From Octopus sinensis (lineage: Eukaryota): a DNA stretch of 64,000 nucleotides. The notes under the pieces were generated by a model. It was not told the origin of the DNA, made no database searches, and saw nothing but the letters and a program-made list of their open reading frames with translations. The stretch is taken from positions 177,320,001 to 177,384,000 of the forward strand of contig NC_042998.1 in NCBI RefSeq assembly GCF_006345805.1, in the 5' to 3' direction. Made by a program: the position numbers and the translations under genes. Positions 63,764 to 64,000 of this stretch are shown in pieces (positions within the stretch are counted from its first letter, which is position 1; every line of letters starts with the position of its first letter).

Positions 63764-64000
63764 CTGCTACTAATGAAGCTGTAAGTTGTAACCAAACTAG
63801 TAGAGCAACAACTGACCTGCATACACAAACTTTGTCCAAGGTTTGGAGGAGCAGCAGCACTAAAATAAATCACTGGTGGACGTGAGTACAAGGCCTCAAA
63901 ACCCTCCGTACTGTATTTAGGATATTTCTGATGTAAAGCCAATTTACAAGCCTTCACTAAGCCATCATATTCTTCCTTGTGATAGTAAGCAGAAGCATCA
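25550..64000 (-). CDS. PDXDC1: PDXDC1 orthologue (group II PLP-dependent decarboxylase family), multi-exon, 5' part lies beyond the window end
   Basis: Exon chain with GT-AG boundaries and fully consistent phases. The translation follows recalled human PDXDC1 collinearly (PVIYFSAAA, LGLP..VPCN, WCHVDG, LPLWICLQ, CIRFSP, GLLRQVPLVGSLLNWWSP, KGRTFDLSSG). Recognition is from memory of the family; no search was run. Confidence 0.95.
26328..26753 (-). mobile_element. SINE family A, full length, just downstream of the PDXDC1 26983 donor/stop
   Basis: High similarity to 17529-17948. Confidence 0.9.
26983..27346 (-). CDS. PDXDC1: PDXDC1 exon (364 nt): (G)RIISTETTYKYHMQIQEDSDNAK...TTTTTE(G), acidic low-complexity C-terminal region
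   Basis: gtcacag| acceptor, phase 1. ORF-track 26979..27308. Ends GAA GG|gtgagt; if unspliced it reads GGG TGA (stop at 26979-26981). Confidence 0.9.
28274..28373 (-). CDS. PDXDC1: PDXDC1 exon (100 nt): GLLRQVPLVGSLLNWWSPPPKEVLKGRTFDLSS(G)
   Basis: atttcag| ... G|gtatat, phase 0-1. Matches GVLRQIPVVGSVLNWFSP...KGRTFNLTAG. Confidence 0.95.
29267..29640 (+). mobile_element. 5' fragment of the same maT-like family
   Basis: Begins tacagggtgtgatgggtaaattgtcacc, the same end as 35606-36493. ORF 29499..29714 IMVFGVITSNGGIMPPFIFPQGLRLNTEAYIKCLEEVV. Confidence 0.82.
30165..30257 (-). CDS. PDXDC1: PDXDC1 exon (93 nt): FLETMSERILKGIEEASKDLQRENHERIIQE
   Basis: ttttag| ... GAA|gtaagt, phase 0-0. Matches LLENMTEVVRKGIQEAQVELQKASEERLLEE. 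Confidence 0.95.
31400..31919 (+). repeat. About 520-bp polypurine (GA-rich) tract with higher-order repetition
   Basis: Almost only G/A with scattered T. Recurring gagagagaggagagtga(aa/gt) units. Confidence 0.97.
32412..32530 (-). CDS. PDXDC1: PDXDC1 exon (119 nt): (G)QCADNIACVKFGLITADTEIEELVSLVETVGKQLEESSK
   Basis: atttag| ... AAG|gtaaat, phase 1-0. Matches CLYVGMASDNVDAAELVETIAATAREIEENSR. Confidence 0.94.
33211..33337. repeat. Perfect inverted repeat: 59-bp arms, 9-nt loop
   Basis: 33211-33269 is the exact reverse complement of 33279-33337. Confidence 0.97.
33350..34600 (+). mobile_element. RTE-clade non-LTR retrotransposon fragment (endonuclease C-terminus to start of RT), broken
   Basis: ORFs 33525..33935 and 34100..34513: QIDFIL, QHRLV, IWKLK, TWWWNS, GKAPGPSGIT.EMLK, YKGKGD..NYR. 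Frameshifts, a stop and an internal deletion. Confidence 0.9.
35606..36493 (-). mobile_element. Internally deleted Tc1/mariner-superfamily (maT/DD37D-like) element
   Basis: ORF 35849..36223 KHPANIMVFGVVTSDGSVMPPFIFPHSLRLNTEAYIKC; a shifted frame continues to PPN/DC-PLDY-like text. Imperfect TIR-like ends. Confidence 0.8.
36550..36990. repeat. Perfect palindrome: 220-bp arms, 1-nt centre (36770)
   Basis: Read base by base with no mismatch. Centre is aatttttgac-t-gtcaaaaatt. Confidence 0.97.
37340..37464 (-). CDS. PDXDC1: PDXDC1 exon (125 nt): YIPASWTEKLAELPENGKNDINTLNIELVHKLKSTDSAFSL(G)
   Basis: aaacag| ... G|gtaaat, phase 2-1, open frame, links both neighbouring exons. Confidence 0.92.
38184..38296 (-). 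CDS. PDXDC1: PDXDC1 exon (113 nt): AILDATVSHRKQFRNIVANCENLMLIEMEGYAGLGAI(R)
   Basis: ccacag| ... AG|gtacat, phase 0-2. Matches WSGIGVVR. Confidence 0.92.
40850..41085 (-). mobile_element. SINE family B older copy. Others at about 6710-6880, 18465-18630, 18650-18850, 20260-20410, 31040-31230, 31915-32085, all minus
   Basis: Shared ccccagtactcaactggtacttattttatc..aaaggcaaag..ggaatttgaactcag. Confidence 0.8.
41560..41990 (+). mobile_element. Degenerate L2/Crack-like LINE RT C-terminal fragment
   Basis: ORF 41638..42027 LLFRARRHFSLQQLLAFNKAQIRPTMKYC..QPLIHRCAVSSPCLFYH resembles the LYKAQIRP.MEYC / LSHRR.VASLSLFY motifs. Confidence 0.7.
42598..42656 (-). CDS. PDXDC1: PDXDC1 exon (59 nt): (V)SGTTEEAVEDFILSLQTQT
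   Basis: ttttcag| ... ACT|gtacgt, phase 1-0. Matches VLGTRGEDVDQLVACIESKL. Confidence 0.88.
43886..43988 (-). CDS. PDXDC1: PDXDC1 exon (103 nt): LADLLSRENPQLAITAAIVDKGVCIRFSPIETAQ
   Basis: ttttcag| ... G|gtcaga, phase 0-1. Matches GTCLRFSPLMTA. Confidence 0.93.
46188..47266 (+). repeat. Direct duplication: 46188-46357 is a doubly deleted copy of 46899-47266
   Basis: Three collinear blocks, two identical and one with about 3 mismatches. Confidence 0.93.
46693..46890 (-). mobile_element. SINE family C, inverted copy
   Basis: atcatcatcatttaacatctgtcttcatgctggcatg...gcccttcctaacgtcaaccactcc. Confidence 0.82.
47996..48087 (-). CDS. PDXDC1: PDXDC1 exon (92 nt): KEITPYVIKSSEESSEQEKELAYYDALNTW
   Basis: atttcag| ... 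TGG|gtaaat, phase 1-0. Ends like human DALNRW. Confidence 0.9.
48270..48602 (-). mobile_element. Degenerate SINE family A. Other worn copies near 7343-7500 (+), 39985-40075 (-), 46530-46680 (-), 63530-63700 (+)
   Basis: Remnants of gtgggactgaacc..ttaaccacacagccatgcc. Confidence 0.65.
49820..49883 (-). CDS. PDXDC1: PDXDC1 exon (64 nt): MDINSNPVTLLFKYSVIESDA(E)
   Basis: tgtttcag| ... G|gtgaga, phase 0-1. Aligns with VEDELSSPVVVFRF. Confidence 0.82.
50054..51325 (-). mobile_element. Full-length mariner transposon (irritans/Himar1-like, DD34D), transposase disrupted
   Basis: 37-bp TIRs (50054-50090 and 51289-51325, 2 mismatches) flanked by TA on both sides. ORFs 50610..51158 and 50127..50591 are in the same frame, separated by one TAG. 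Motifs QDETW, LQDSAP, YSPDLAPSDFHLF. Confidence 0.96.
51603..51838 (-). mobile_element. tRNA-head SINE family B (Meta-domain-like core), young full-length copy inside a cluster spanning about 51420-52125
   Basis: Minus strand: gctggcagaaacgttagc..gagttcaaattccgc (A/B boxes), then ggtcgactttgcctttcatcctttcggggtcgataaattaagtaccag, which resembles the recalled MetaSINE/Sauria-SINE core. Confidence 0.85.
52881..52946 (-). CDS. PDXDC1: Probable PDXDC1 exon (66 nt), acidic insert: NIAKKQDDEEKKDDENKDMQNM
   Basis: attctttag| ... ATG|gtaagt, phase 0-0, open and purine-rich. No counterpart in recalled human sequence. Confidence 0.7.
53548..53598 (-). CDS. PDXDC1: PDXDC1 exon (51 nt): CHLMLEKLRNLPNIKIV
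   Basis: ttgcag| ... GTT|gtaagt, phase 0-0. Matches SQRLQESLKKVNYIKIL. Confidence 0.88.
54860..55260 (+). mobile_element. SINE family C, ending 60 bp from the 55320 exon donor. Other + copies at about 29048-29250, 34990-35220, 43078-43332, 48790-49055, 53748-53980
   Basis: Same body and long (GAT)n tail. Confidence 0.88.
55320..55475 (-). CDS. PDXDC1: PDXDC1 exon (156 nt): TLYKCEDTTMAYMAGMNSFNVVSKLSCLPLWICLQSMGYDGIIKRIESSFHL
   Basis: tctag| ... TTG|gtaatt, phase 0-0. Matches TLYKHDDPALTLVAGL...KLRALPLWLSLQYLGLDGFVERI. Confidence 0.94.
56079..56160 (+). repeat. (TATC)n-(CA)n-(CT)n compound microsatellite
   Basis: Direct reading. Confidence 0.95.
56774..56894 (-). CDS. PDXDC1: PDXDC1 exon (121 nt): NCLAFLTLTADPLTEQHPILADSITVNLGKWLGILSLQLI
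   Basis: ttcag| ... ATT|gtatcc (weak donor, placed by alignment length), phase 2-0. Contains the ADS-x5-KWL motif. Confidence 0.88.
57476..57685 (-). mobile_element. SINE family C, inverted copy
   Basis: catcatcatcgtttaacgtccgctttccatgctagc...aatgccaaccactc...ttttacgtgccaccggcac. Confidence 0.88.
58916..59000 (-). CDS. PDXDC1: PDXDC1 exon (85 nt): (G)TPLTGQVDELIKLWQICNNNGIWCHVD(G)
   Basis: actag| ... GG|gtaagt, phase 1-2. Carries the W-x-H-V-D motif of group II decarboxylases. Confidence 0.94.
59856..59934 (-). CDS. PDXDC1: PDXDC1 exon (79 nt): DVTIFEKLIKDDIAAAKTPVLLVAYA(G)
   Basis: tgaag| ... G|gtgagt, phase 0-1. Matches DVAFLEKLIKDDIERGRLPLLLVANAG. Confidence 0.93.
61781..61849 (-). CDS. 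PDXDC1: PDXDC1 exon (69 nt): LGLPISCISTVPCNSVSGANSKM
   Basis: ttcag| ... ATG|gtaaga, phase 0-0. Matches LGLPFPCLCRVPCNTVFGSQHQM. Confidence 0.93.
62148..62373. mobile_element. Imperfect hairpin / probable MITE (about 105-bp arms, 12-nt spacer)
   Basis: 62148-62252 vs 62265-62373, with about 8 mismatches and one 4-nt indel. Confidence 0.65.
62820..63030 (-). mobile_element. SINE family D (tRNA head, CORE-like and V-like segments)
   Basis: Minus strand: gtggcttagtggttagggtgttggactc..ttcttgagcaaaacact..cctgcgatggactggtgtcccatccag. Confidence 0.7.
63817..64000 (-). CDS. PDXDC1: PDXDC1 exon, 5'-truncated by the window: DASAYYHKEEYDGLVKACKLALHQKYPKYSTEGFEALYSRPPVIYFSAAAPPNLGQSLCMQ
   Basis: ORF-track 63712..63957. 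Donor CAG|gtcagt, phase 0. Matches human ...LAKICRLAIHSRY...KPVIYLSAAARPGLGQYLCNQ. Confidence 0.95.

Overview
Animal genomic DNA that is AT-rich and dense in microsatellites and SINEs. The repeat families look like those of Octopus (coleoid cephalopod); this assignment is an inference. One protein-coding gene dominates: a minus-strand PDXDC1 orthologue (pyridoxal-dependent decarboxylase domain-containing 1). It was reconstructed by hand as 18 phase-compatible coding exons from the window end (64000, gene continues upstream) down to about 26980, plus a probable 19th terminal exon at 25550-25640. The putative enzyme keeps a lysine at the PLP Schiff-base position (ADSITVNLGKWLG) and the PLP Asp (WCHVDG), whereas the human protein as I recall it does not. 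The first 18 kb is CpG-rich and apparently intergenic. It holds a 2.8-kb fold-back structure with 463-bp arms, a solo LTR, a degenerate mariner, a piggyBac-type MITE, a Helentron-like element and LINE ends. The introns hold a nearly intact irritans-type mariner, maT-like fragments, an RTE LINE fragment, four SINE families, two perfect palindromes next to (TA)n tracts (220-bp and 59-bp arms) and a MITE-like hairpin. All coordinates and counts were made by eye. Repeat boundaries are approximate.
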